A DNA stretch of 64,000 bases from a virus (lineage: Duplodnaviria > Caudoviricetes), in the IMG/VR virus record IMGVR_UViG_3300043093_000048, positions 201,110 to 265,109 of that record; one strand, written 5' to 3'. Of the stretch, positions 40,001 to 49,169 are shown one piece after another; within the stretch, counting starts at the first letter, position 1; every line of letters starts with the position of its first letter. Position numbers and translations under genes: made by a program. The notes beneath the pieces are model-generated. The model was given only the letters and a program-made list of their open reading frames with translations. It had not been told where the DNA came from and made no database searches.

Positions 40001-43000
40001 AATAGTTAAAGATAGTAATGATACATCAAGATATTCATCTGAAGTAAATTATAAAGATCTTATTGATAATGCTGTAGATAAAGACATAACTGAAAATGAA
40101 AATGATATTTTTTATACTATAAAAGATATTTCAATATTTGATATGCAAGATATTTATTTCTTAGAAAGTGGTAAAGATTTTTCTTATCGTAATATAATTA
40201 ATTTAATTAAATTTAATTATCCTGATAAAACTAGTGTAATAAATAATGCAATAGGTATTCAAGTTATAGCTAGAACTACATATCAAAATAATAATACTGA
40301 ATATGATATGGTTATTATTGATAATTATTTAGATTTATATAGTAATGAAGAAAATTTCTTACCAACTTTAAATAGACTAACTGGTAGTCTATATCATCTT
40401 ATTAAAATTAATAATAAATATGATGATCTTTATGAATATAAAATCATGGTTGATGGTAAAGAATATCATGAAGGAGATATTATATATAATAAATATGCTA
40501 ATGAAATTGCTTTACATAAGTTTAGACTATATTATAAACCTAAATTTACTGTTAATAAAGTTGGTCTAGTTATAGAAGATATAAGTAGTCCTTATAACGG
40601 ATATATTTATGGTGATTTAGATGGTAATGGAATAATTGACTATGTTGAATATAGATTACTTAAAAATTATATAGAAACCCAAGATAGCTCTGGTATTATT
40701 TTAGAATTAGCTGATTTAAATAATGATGGTATTATTGATGTAAATGATTTAAATCTTCTTGAAGAATATTTATCCTCTGTTAATAATATTGGTAAAGCTT
40801 TTACATATACAGACTCAGAAGGTAAAAAAATAACTAGATATGTCGGAAATCTAAATATGTATTTAGAAAATGGCGTAGAAAAATCTTATAATTATACTAG
40901 TGTCGATAAAAGTACTAATAGTGATCATAATATAAATAAAAGAATATATTTAGATTTAAATACACTTCCAGACAGTAGTACAAAAAATGCTGGTTATAGT
41001 GACGTTCAAGCAATTTATGATTATGCAGAGAATATTGGTAATAACACTCCTAGTGATTTAGCTTTACATTTAGCTGATCTTAATAATGATGGAAAAATAA
41101 CAGAAGAAGATGCTAAATTATTAGAAGATACAATTAAAAAATATGGCTATTTAGTTGGTGACATAGACAAAGATGACAATCTTAATATGAATGATGTTAA
41201 TGATATAATACAATTGAATAAAGACAATAAATTAAATAATTTAAGCGATGAAGAAATTAGAATTTATGATGTCAAAAATAGCTATGATCCAAATGGAGAT
41301 CTATTTATTAAAAGTATTAGTGACTTTACTGAAGAAGAATTAAAAGAAATTGATGATCATGATATAATATATAATATAGAAACATTAAAAACGAAATCTA
41401 TTAATTTTAATATAGCATATTATTATGCTAGGGCTGCAGTGGAGCTAAATCCTATTGAATATAAAGATAATTTAATTAGCGATGATAATGAATCTCATGA
41501 AATGTTATTAGGTAAATATTTATTAGAAGTTCCTTTTAATAATGATTCTGATGTAATTACTTCTGAAAATGGATGGTTATTAGCTGATAGTTTTGAAGGT
41601 TGTATAGATGGAACTAAACCAGTAGTTCCTAATTTAACAATTTCAGATTCAGAAATAGATAATGATAATAATTATAAAGAACTTCATAAATATTCTACAT
41701 TAACTAGAGATGAGTTAAAAAATATTATTTATAATCCTAAAGATAATATAATAAGTGAAGTATCATATTACAATAATAATACAAATATTCTTAATGATAT
41801 TTCTTATGATATGAAATACGAAATTCAAGGAACATCTGGTATTTCTATTTTAAAAACACCTAGTGTAGAATTAGATGAAGATGGTAAATATATATATTCT
41901 GTAACTGCTTCAGATATCGTTCAAGGAATGTTTCAAATTGAAAATACTAACGTTGAACCAATCAATGTAGAAATTAACCAAGCAAAAATTAATGATGAAT
42001 CAGGTTATCCATTTAAGATTACTTCAAGTGCTTTATTAAGCCATACTACTTATAATAATGATTATCAACCAATTTATAGAGTAGAACCTAATACTACTTT
42101 AAGTATATTTATAATATTTAACTCTAAATTAGATAACTATTCAACAAATCTTAATATAAGAGTACAAAATAATTATAAGAAAAAATATTCAGATGATAAT
42201 ATAAAATGGGATAGCTATACAATAAGATTAAATTGTGTTCAGAATTATAGTTTTAATAAAGAAATTATTAAACAAATATTACCTTATAAATTCTATGATG
42301 AAAATAATGAAGATACAATAAAAGCTGAATATTATAATATAGTTGATAGCAATGGTAATATAGATTCTGAAAAAATATTTAATATAATTGATGTAAATAA
42401 CTTTAATAAAAACATACTTTATTCAAATTTATTATATTTAGACGATACATTAATTTATGATTCACATAATCCTTCTCCTTTAAAAGATATTAATGATGAG
42501 TCATATCCTTTATTAGTATCTAAAAAAGTTCTTGACAGAAAATTATATATGGGTGATCATACTTTAACACTAATTACTGTAAAGTTTAATGGTTTAATTA
42601 ATTATCATAATTATTATATAACTATAATAGACCAAAATGTATATAACTATAATAACTCTAATAATAGTTTAAATTATTTTAAAGATCAATCAAAATATTA
42701 TAAAAATAATTTAGAAGATAGTTATAGTAGAAATTCTATTATATTAAGACAACCTAAGAATGAAGGTTATGATAAAGAAGACTTTGAAAATGAATTATTC
42801 TTAGATACTAATGGTGATATATCAATGGTAACTAAGGATCTTTCTAAGGGTAAAAAAGATTCTTATTATTTATATAAATTTACTGAAATAATACATCATT
42901 ATATGAATTTCTCTAATTATATTGTAGATAGCGAACAATATTTATTTGAAAAGAATTATCAAGAAATATTAATGTATTATGATGAAATAAAAGAACAATT

Positions 43001-45899
43001 TAATTCTTATACGAATACAATTTATGCTAAATTAAATAAATCTACAGGTGAATTATATACAATCATTAATAGTATTGAATATAGATTTACTACTTATGAT
43101 AGTATATTAGAAGAAATAGAAGCAACTAAAGAAGCTGAAGAGAATAATGTAAGTAGTGAAACAACAACTTCTACTGCAATTAATTATTATAATGATGATG
43201 ACCATTTTATTAGTAGATTATTCTATGAAGATAATATTTTATCAAAATATAAAGAATATAATATTTTATATAGTCCTGACTCTGATTCTAATGATAAAAT
43301 AGAGATTGAAATAAGTAAAGATGATATTGCAACGTTTGAAATTCCTGATGAAGATGTTCTTTATATTAATATTGAAAAAGAAGAAAATATAAAAATAAAT
43401 AGCGTTAAAATCATTTCTGCTACACCAACTGTTGGAAGCACGCCAGTTACTTGTACTGATAATTCAATAAGCAGTAATTCTACTATTGTTTCTATTGAAA
43501 ATGGTAAAATTGTTTTTAGTGTTAATAATGCTATAACACAAATTAAAAGTAGTGTTGAATTAAATGAAAATGATAATCATAAAGTATATGTAGAACTAAG
43601 TAATACTAATGCTGGAACTACTTATCTTTATATCTTTAATTTATTAAATGCTTATAGCAGCTTAAAAATAAGTGATTCTAATGATATTAAATTTTCTGCT
43701 TTACAACAACCTAGTAGAACTTTAACTAATACAACTAAATATCCAATAACATTTGCAATATATTATAAAAATACAAGATTAAAATCAAATAAATTTTATT
43801 CTTTTGATTCAACTATGAATATTATTGATGCTGCTAATGATAAATGTAGTTTTAAAATAAATTATCAAAATAATGGAAAAATAGAAGATAACGATGATGG
43901 TACTATTATTACATTATCTCCATTTGCTTCTTGTAATATTACATTTACTGGTAGCTGTAGTGATAGCTCTAGTATTTCTCTTAAGGATAGCTTAATTCCT
44001 TTATTAGATGTACCAAGTGCTACAACATCATCTAATACTAGTATAAGTAAATTATTAGAAACATTAAACAAAAAATCAATGATTAATCATAGTATTTCTA
44101 TTAAAATAGAATCTATTGGAGATAAAGATGATATAACTATGGGATATTATAGTTATTTAGCCACTAATACATCAAGTTATGATTTAACTGTTAAATATAT
44201 GGAATTTAATGCAATTTATTTAAGTGATTTTTATTATTCGAAAGACGGTTCTATTTTTAATAAAACTCATTCAAAGACTTATGATATTTATAAAGATAAA
44301 AGTAATAATGCTTTAGTGTTACTTATAAATGACTCAAACGAAATAAATAAAAATGCTTTTGGCAATTTTATAGTAAATGGTTTTAATGATGTTATTAAAA
44401 CAGATAGTAATAAATTTAAAACTTATTATCCATTTAGACGCAATGCAATTAATTGTAATGTATCGTCTGATAATATAAATTCAGAAATAGCATTAAATTT
44501 ACAATATAATAATTCATTTAATATATCAAATATGACTAGTGTAATAAATAGTGTTACTTCATTTACTACAACTAATATATTTCCTATGATACTTGTAAAG
44601 AGTGACACTGACAATGATACTAACCCTAATATTTCATTCGCTGTTAATTTTGGTACTTTTAAAAATAAAACTTTTAGTAGTATGAATAATTTTAATTATA
44701 GCACAATTACTACAACACCTGAGAATAGAAATAATCTTGAATATAAGAAGATAAGTGAATTAGTTACTAGTAAAAATTCTACTTATAGTATTTACGATGG
44801 TAAACCAAATAATGGTGAAGATACTTCTTATAAATATGGAAAAATAATAGATAATAATATTGAATATTTTATAGCAAATCTTAACGATATTCAAATTGAT
44901 GAAAATAATACAAATCCTATTTATTTATATTTCAATTTTATAGAAGATGGTAAAAAAGAAGATATTTCGGATCAATCTGGAATAGTTTATCATATTGATG
45001 ATGACCCTAATATGAGTGAAGGATTAAGAAATTTATTTACTTATGGTTCAAAACAACAAACATTAAAATGGATTTATAATGCATTAATTGGTTCAGATAA
45101 TGATATTGATGGTACATTAGGACAATTTTATGATGATAGTCTTTTAAATATTGTAAATTGGGTTAAAGATTCTTATAATAATTTAAGTAAAAAAGAAGAA
45201 AAGTTTAAAGATATTATAGATGAAATATATGATACTAAATCTACTATAGCAGTTTTATTACAAAATATATCAAATCAATTTAATCAATTAAATGATAAAG
45301 CTGATGTTAAAGAATTTAAAGAATGGATAAATGAAAATGTATATAATTTAGCAGATTTTGAATATTCTATATCTGAAATTTTTGCAGATATTTATTATTT
45401 ATCAGATAAAGGTGTATCATTATCTGTAAAAATAACTGATAGTGAAAATAATGAAACTACTAAAGATTTTAGTTTTAAAAATTCTTTACCATTAGTTAAT
45501 AAATATAAATATTGGGAGAAAGATTCTACCAATAATATCATAGAAGATACTAAAACTTTTGTAAAAAATATTAAAACTACTGATAATAGTGAAGATGATA
45601 CTAGTAGTAATACAGCTAGCAATACTAGTACAGATTCTACAGATGACTCAAATTCTGCTACTGAAGTTACTGATTCAGTTGATGTTTCTTTACATCCAGA
45701 TATTTGGAATAGTTCATTAATAACATCTAACTTTGAAGATGATAATTATTTTATAGAAAAAATTTGGATTAATCCAACTAATACAGATATAGATCCTATT
45801 TTTTATAAAAAGAATTTTATTGAGACATCAACTTTACTCAAAAATTCTAATTGTTATACAAATATTAGTAGTTCAATAAAATATAATTTTAGCAATTAA
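37056..45899 (+). CDS. giant putative virion protein with tandem dockerin-like modules
   Basis: 2947 aa, N/D/S-rich, beta-strand-rich. YGDLDGNGIIDYVEYRLLKNYI...ADLNNDGIIDVNDLNLLEEYL at 40608-40772, plus further repeats to ~41300. Confidence 0.75.
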   Translation: MANENLTIKNLSSAVINGDVTSFKSVNGSGEEGEDSGYILTNSLKIGSNVVELSYDGMTTNTKYYISRKTTDELDNSQNTKYYLLLNDNLSNYLYYMNKDIESVYSFEDTNSEDNLFIVDKSIIEDDVKDDFNDYMIDFSNSSISTSVDNIFYNGSLLAEIFSSDLIYGTKSSDNGYIYLYLNKNANQDLKFDISDFIFEVRVNNIPTKFFEVSEKTLDVGTNSIYNVLVKINASKFKKETDMDELNYFLIVVKNKYTTDTMSFSYSKFEDYMKPFISYDSMLQTTDDITINCRYDLSIATTNQTNNVVVNINDDDLLELIEGKKRPVIDGSIVFEMTDKNINIRALTQTIVKMYIESSNNYYLISSNDINFEKTNYKCYSSSYNYFNGTKSYILNSNNSELSFIVESTTDIDYKFKDTFAINIIKIKDSSKTKVDNNDSDLGINDIECVITVNFNVNINPDPKFELSEDEESILKNIMSFQTDTLTAEFGGTSLFSIKANNNIVLNDSDLNSTALKNYISGGGRNLTYIEENFDNFDISFYGIYVDYMVLDNSEIGQIWFNKFEDADLTNDNPVITKQELVCNASSSADNCNDGFNENAFSVTLDGVTKRILIVPEDVFKLFNYLNTSDTKLFSIDNTTEDIFSLSSDEFVELVSKTKNTNNFAFYPYADLIFLANENDEDEFVNSNLYIDYYPVIHRLTKKTDSKEKIVWSIYDGENVTNLKQEKIIKLAAQEKNDSDSDLSSIATGELGTINDSNSIISYPSFVTFKVLMETDSGEPTSIDSVTYTGKITNGSEFPVLIKDISLSNIADDSDLFTLNEDKSDISSDSFMDYNLEIGNNCISLSKLNIGAYNDHSDLTVITAEDGSLLYLLKAGGTLNVNITNTDEVNNIPADFGKTINNLKDSLHFELYYIQENTDSDSSSLKYTFREDGSTVATNFETVISVYPFISSINFDSSYYRYGDTVYNIISDDIKLRSVVFRIVKDSNDTSRYSSEVNYKDLIDNAVDKDITENENDIFYTIKDISIFDMQDIYFLESGKDFSYRNIINLIKFNYPDKTSVINNAIGIQVIARTTYQNNNTEYDMVIIDNYLDLYSNEENFLPTLNRLTGSLYHLIKINNKYDDLYEYKIMVDGKEYHEGDIIYNKYANEIALHKFRLYYKPKFTVNKVGLVIEDISSPYNGYIYGDLDGNGIIDYVEYRLLKNYIETQDSSGIILELADLNNDGIIDVNDLNLLEEYLSSVNNIGKAFTYTDSEGKKITRYVGNLNMYLENGVEKSYNYTSVDKSTNSDHNINKRIYLDLNTLPDSSTKNAGYSDVQAIYDYAENIGNNTPSDLALHLADLNNDGKITEEDAKLLEDTIKKYGYLVGDIDKDDNLNMNDVNDIIQLNKDNKLNNLSDEEIRIYDVKNSYDPNGDLFIKSISDFTEEELKEIDDHDIIYNIETLKTKSINFNIAYYYARAAVELNPIEYKDNLISDDNESHEMLLGKYLLEVPFNNDSDVITSENGWLLADSFEGCIDGTKPVVPNLTISDSEIDNDNNYKELHKYSTLTRDELKNIIYNPKDNIISEVSYYNNNTNILNDISYDMKYEIQGTSGISILKTPSVELDEDGKYIYSVTASDIVQGMFQIENTNVEPINVEINQAKINDESGYPFKITSSALLSHTTYNNDYQPIYRVEPNTTLSIFIIFNSKLDNYSTNLNIRVQNNYKKKYSDDNIKWDSYTIRLNCVQNYSFNKEIIKQILPYKFYDENNEDTIKAEYYNIVDSNGNIDSEKIFNIIDVNNFNKNILYSNLLYLDDTLIYDSHNPSPLKDINDESYPLLVSKKVLDRKLYMGDHTLTLITVKFNGLINYHNYYITIIDQNVYNYNNSNNSLNYFKDQSKYYKNNLEDSYSRNSIILRQPKNEGYDKEDFENELFLDTNGDISMVTKDLSKGKKDSYYLYKFTEIIHHYMNFSNYIVDSEQYLFEKNYQEILMYYDEIKEQFNSYTNTIYAKLNKSTGELYTIINSIEYRFTTYDSILEEIEATKEAEENNVSSETTTSTAINYYNDDDHFISRLFYEDNILSKYKEYNILYSPDSDSNDKIEIEISKDDIATFEIPDEDVLYINIEKEENIKINSVKIISATPTVGSTPVTCTDNSISSNSTIVSIENGKIVFSVNNAITQIKSSVELNENDNHKVYVELSNTNAGTTYLYIFNLLNAYSSLKISDSNDIKFSALQQPSRTLTNTTKYPITFAIYYKNTRLKSNKFYSFDSTMNIIDAANDKCSFKINYQNNGKIEDNDDGTIITLSPFASCNITFTGSCSDSSSISLKDSLIPLLDVPSATTSSNTSISKLLETLNKKSMINHSISIKIESIGDKDDITMGYYSYLATNTSSYDLTVKYMEFNAIYLSDFYYSKDGSIFNKTHSKTYDIYKDKSNNALVLLINDSNEINKNAFGNFIVNGFNDVIKTDSNKFKTYYPFRRNAINCNVSSDNINSEIALNLQYNNSFNISNMTSVINSVTSFTTTNIFPMILVKSDTDNDTNPNISFAVNFGTFKNKTFSSMNNFNYSTITTTPENRNNLEYKKISELVTSKNSTYSIYDGKPNNGEDTSYKYGKIIDNNIEYFIANLNDIQIDENNTNPIYLYFNFIEDGKKEDISDQSGIVYHIDDDPNMSEGLRNLFTYGSKQQTLKWIYNALIGSDNDIDGTLGQFYDDSLLNIVNWVKDSYNNLSKKEEKFKDIIDEIYDTKSTIAVLLQNISNQFNQLNDKADVKEFKEWINENVYNLADFEYSISEIFADIYYLSDKGVSLSVKITDSENNETTKDFSFKNSLPLVNKYKYWEKDSTNNIIEDTKTFVKNIKTTDNSEDDTSSNTASNTSTDSTDDSNSATEVTDSVDVSLHPDIWNSSLITSNFEDDNYFIEKIWINPTNTDIDPIFYKKNFIETSTLLKNSNCYTNISSSIKYNFSN

Positions 45900-45906
45900 A
45901 AAATTA

Positions 45907-45938
45907 ATATGGATTCTATGATTACATAGAATCCATAT
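45907..45938. other. intergenic 14-bp-stem hairpin
   Basis: ATATGGATTCTATG-ATTA-CATAGAATCCATAT. Confidence 0.7.
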
Positions 45939-45957
45939 ATTTATTTTTAAAAAGGAG

Positions 45958-48240
45958 ATGAAATTTATGTCTTTTAGATTAATATCAGTTCCTTTAAATA
46001 AAAGAACGGAACAAGAAGCAATTAATAATGAATTAATTGTAGATAATATACATGGTAATATAGGTATATCAACAACTGATAGCTCTGATAATAAAATATA
46101 TAATTCAGGCACAGAAAATTTAAAAGCAGAATTAGATTCATTAAAGATTAGAAACGCTAATATGAATAAAGACTTGGTAAAAATTTCTTATGGGTCTGAA
46201 ATGAATACAAAGCTTCCTGATTTTGAACCTAATAATGCTTTAGAAAATAAAGATTTATTAGGAAGCATTCAATATCTCAGAGATTTATATATGGATTTCA
46301 TAGATTCAATAGATGAAGATGGTAATCCAATTCTTAAAGAAGATGCTTTTGAATATTCTTCAGAATTAAAAGCTATTGTTACTAGATTATATGAAAAAGA
46401 TGGTTATAGTTATAGTTCTAAATTTAGAACTATATTAGAAGAACTTTATGTTGAAGAACTAAATAATACTACTTTAAAAGATAAAGATGAAGATAAAACT
46501 TCTATGATTAGTGATAGTACAACTATTAACTATTTAAATTTAGCGGTTGCAATTAATGATATTATTCCTTTCTTATATAGAATGGAATCAGAGATTATAA
46601 ACTTAGAAGCTATGATAAATACAATAAACTCTGATATTGGTTATAAAGGTAATAATGGTAATATTGAATTAGCTTTAAAAGATGCTAAAGAACAAATAGA
46701 AAATCTAAAATATAAAACTAAATGTAAAAAATTTAAGGAATTTAATTTTAGCGATAATATATCAAAATATCAAATATTAGATAGTGATAAAAAATATAAA
46801 TTTTCTAATGAAAAAGAAAAAACTTATGAAAATATATCAAAAGTATTTAATGATAATTTCATAAGTTCTGTTTTAGATGATAATTATGATGGTGATGTTA
46901 ATCTACATCAAATAGATGGTATTTATAATTTAAAACAATATGCAAATAATGACTTAATAAGAAGAATTTCAGGTGCTTATATTTCTGGTAAAAAGCAAAA
47001 ATATTTTTATCCTCCAACTACAAATTTATACGCTTATAATGGTAATAAAACAACAGATTTTTGTAGAGCTGTTTATGATCCAGAATTAGGTAGAGTAATT
47101 TATAAATATGAAGATTTTAGTTATTATGATGATAAAGAAGATTTTGATTGCTTTGATTATCCATTATTAGAATATTATTATAATGATAATAATTTAATTA
47201 TACAAAATGTCACTTATGGAAAAACTGCTAATTTTGAAATAAAAAACTTAGATTCTGATAGTCAACAAAATATAAGTAAACTTCTTCTAAGCTCAAATAT
47301 TGTTGAAAGTAAGTTTACTAATGGTGAATTTTATTTTCCTACTTTATATAATTTAAATGCTACATTTCCTACATTTGACTTTACTGATAAAAGTAATTTT
47401 GATTTTAACTATTTTGTTGGTTTGAATTTAATTATTCCTATAGCTATAACTAAAACTGTTACAACTACAACAACTACAACTGTTGATAAAGAAGAAACAA
47501 CCGATAGTAATACCGCCAGCAACACAGCTAGTAATACTAGTACAGATGAAACTACAGATACAAATAGTTCAACGGATAGTACAGAAACTGAAACTACAAC
47601 AACTACTACTTCTAGCACATCTGATTATTTTTATTATTTGTTAAGAGAAGGTTATGAAAAAGCTAGTTATGGGTATAATACTACAGGAATACCTAATGAA
47701 AGATTTTCAGCTGATAATAATTCTATTAAAAATAATAAAACTTCAATGTCTAATTTATATTATAAAGGATTTAATCCTTATTATTCAGATAGTGAAATGA
47801 ATAGAAAATTTTCTATTAATAGTATTAATACAGTAAAAAAAGATTTTAATAATTATATAGATTATTTAGATAAAAATATAGAATATTTATTAGATAATAT
47901 TGATAAACTTAATTTTCCAAATTTCTTTAATACAAGTATTCTTATAAATAGTAATAATACTCATACTATGAATTTTATATTTAAACAATCCACTGAAAAA
48001 AATAAAACAGCCAGTGCAAGTTATTATTTTACTAAATATTTAGATAATAGAGAAAATAAAATTGGATTACTACCAAATAGTAATATAACAATAAATAAAT
48101 CAGATAATACAACAGATGTTACATATAATATTACTTATTCAGCTATGCAAACTTATAAATTTAAGATAGCTTGTAATAATTTATTTGGTGGTTACAATTG
48201 TAGTACAGAAAAAACTTTAAATAAGTTTGAGTTGGAATAA
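45958..48240 (+). CDS. putative tail-fibre/adaptor structural protein (likely start ATG 45967)
   Basis: AAGGAG RBS; N-terminal R..VPL...ELIVDNIHGNIGI module shared with 48261; coiled coil; T/S-rich linker. Confidence 0.55.
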   Translation: MKFMSFRLISVPLNKRTEQEAINNELIVDNIHGNIGISTTDSSDNKIYNSGTENLKAELDSLKIRNANMNKDLVKISYGSEMNTKLPDFEPNNALENKDLLGSIQYLRDLYMDFIDSIDEDGNPILKEDAFEYSSELKAIVTRLYEKDGYSYSSKFRTILEELYVEELNNTTLKDKDEDKTSMISDSTTINYLNLAVAINDIIPFLYRMESEIINLEAMINTINSDIGYKGNNGNIELALKDAKEQIENLKYKTKCKKFKEFNFSDNISKYQILDSDKKYKFSNEKEKTYENISKVFNDNFISSVLDDNYDGDVNLHQIDGIYNLKQYANNDLIRRISGAYISGKKQKYFYPPTTNLYAYNGNKTTDFCRAVYDPELGRVIYKYEDFSYYDDKEDFDCFDYPLLEYYYNDNNLIIQNVTYGKTANFEIKNLDSDSQQNISKLLLSSNIVESKFTNGEFYFPTLYNLNATFPTFDFTDKSNFDFNYFVGLNLIIPIAITKTVTTTTTTTVDKEETTDSNTASNTASNTSTDETTDTNSSTDSTETETTTTTTSSTSDYFYYLLREGYEKASYGYNTTGIPNERFSADNNSIKNNKTSMSNLYYKGFNPYYSDSEMNRKFSINSINTVKKDFNNYIDYLDKNIEYLLDNIDKLNFPNFFNTSILINSNNTHTMNFIFKQSTEKNKTASASYYFTKYLDNRENKIGLLPNSNITINKSDNTTDVTYNITYSAMQTYKFKIACNNLFGGYNCSTEKTLNKFELE

Positions 48241-48260
48241 TATATGAAAGGAGATATAAA

Positions 48261-49166
48261 ATGGCTAGATATGTTTTTAAACCATTAATTACGTATTTTT
48301 CTGGTGATCCAGAAGAAAAAAAATTTGATTTTATAAGAGCTTATAAAGATTCATTAACTTCTGGCGAATTATTAGTAGATTTATATAATTATGAAATATA
48401 CGTAGCTAGTAATGGTATGGAATATCCAATTCCTTCAACTCCTGAATTAAGACAAGAGATTATTGATTATATAGAAAGTGATGATGGACCTTTAGGATCT
48501 TTAAGTAAAAATGATCTTTTAAATACAGAAAGTGATGATTCCTCAGAAGCTAATATTACTAGAAAAAAAGAAAAATTAGAAAGCTTAATGGAAGAAGTTA
48601 AAAAATATAATGAAGCTTGTATAGAGAAAATTAATTCTAATGAAAATAGCCTTAAGAGAATAAATAGAGAAACTGCTAATTGGTATAATAATTTATCTAG
48701 ATATGTATATAAGCAAATGTATACTTCTAATGTAGATGGTTCAGAAATAGTTAAAGTAGCTTATAATATAATAAATAAATATATTGACTTATATAAAAGA
48801 TTATATTATATTGATATATTTATGGAAAATTTTAATAATGATAGACAAGCGATAACTGCAAAATTAAATGAATTTAAAAAAGAAGCTAAAGATTTATTTG
48901 TAGAAATAGCAAATAATCAAGCAGCTGTCAATCAAAAATTAGATAAGAGCGAAATTATGGATAGTTCTAATAACTATAAAGTTCCAGAATATACTTTCAA
49001 TATTGATTTTGATGTTTCAATTTCAGAAGATAATATTAGTGATTTTGAAAATAATATAAATAGTCTTAAAAAAATAGATGGAAAAATTATTAGAACTATA
49101 AATTTTAATAAACAAGATTCAAAAATTAAATTTTCGCTTAATAATAATAATAAAAAGGAGGAATAA
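48261..49166 (+). CDS. putative structural coiled-coil protein, N-terminally related to 45958
   Basis: RYVFKPL...GELLVDLYNYEIYV module; heptad repeats; AAGGAG RBS. Confidence 0.55.
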   Translation: MARYVFKPLITYFSGDPEEKKFDFIRAYKDSLTSGELLVDLYNYEIYVASNGMEYPIPSTPELRQEIIDYIESDDGPLGSLSKNDLLNTESDDSSEANITRKKEKLESLMEEVKKYNEACIEKINSNENSLKRINRETANWYNNLSRYVYKQMYTSNVDGSEIVKVAYNIINKYIDLYKRLYYIDIFMENFNNDRQAITAKLNEFKKEAKDLFVEIANNQAAVNQKLDKSEIMDSSNNYKVPEYTFNIDFDVSISEDNISDFENNINSLKKIDGKIIRTINFNKQDSKIKFSLNNNNKKEE

Positions 49167-49169
49167 TAA

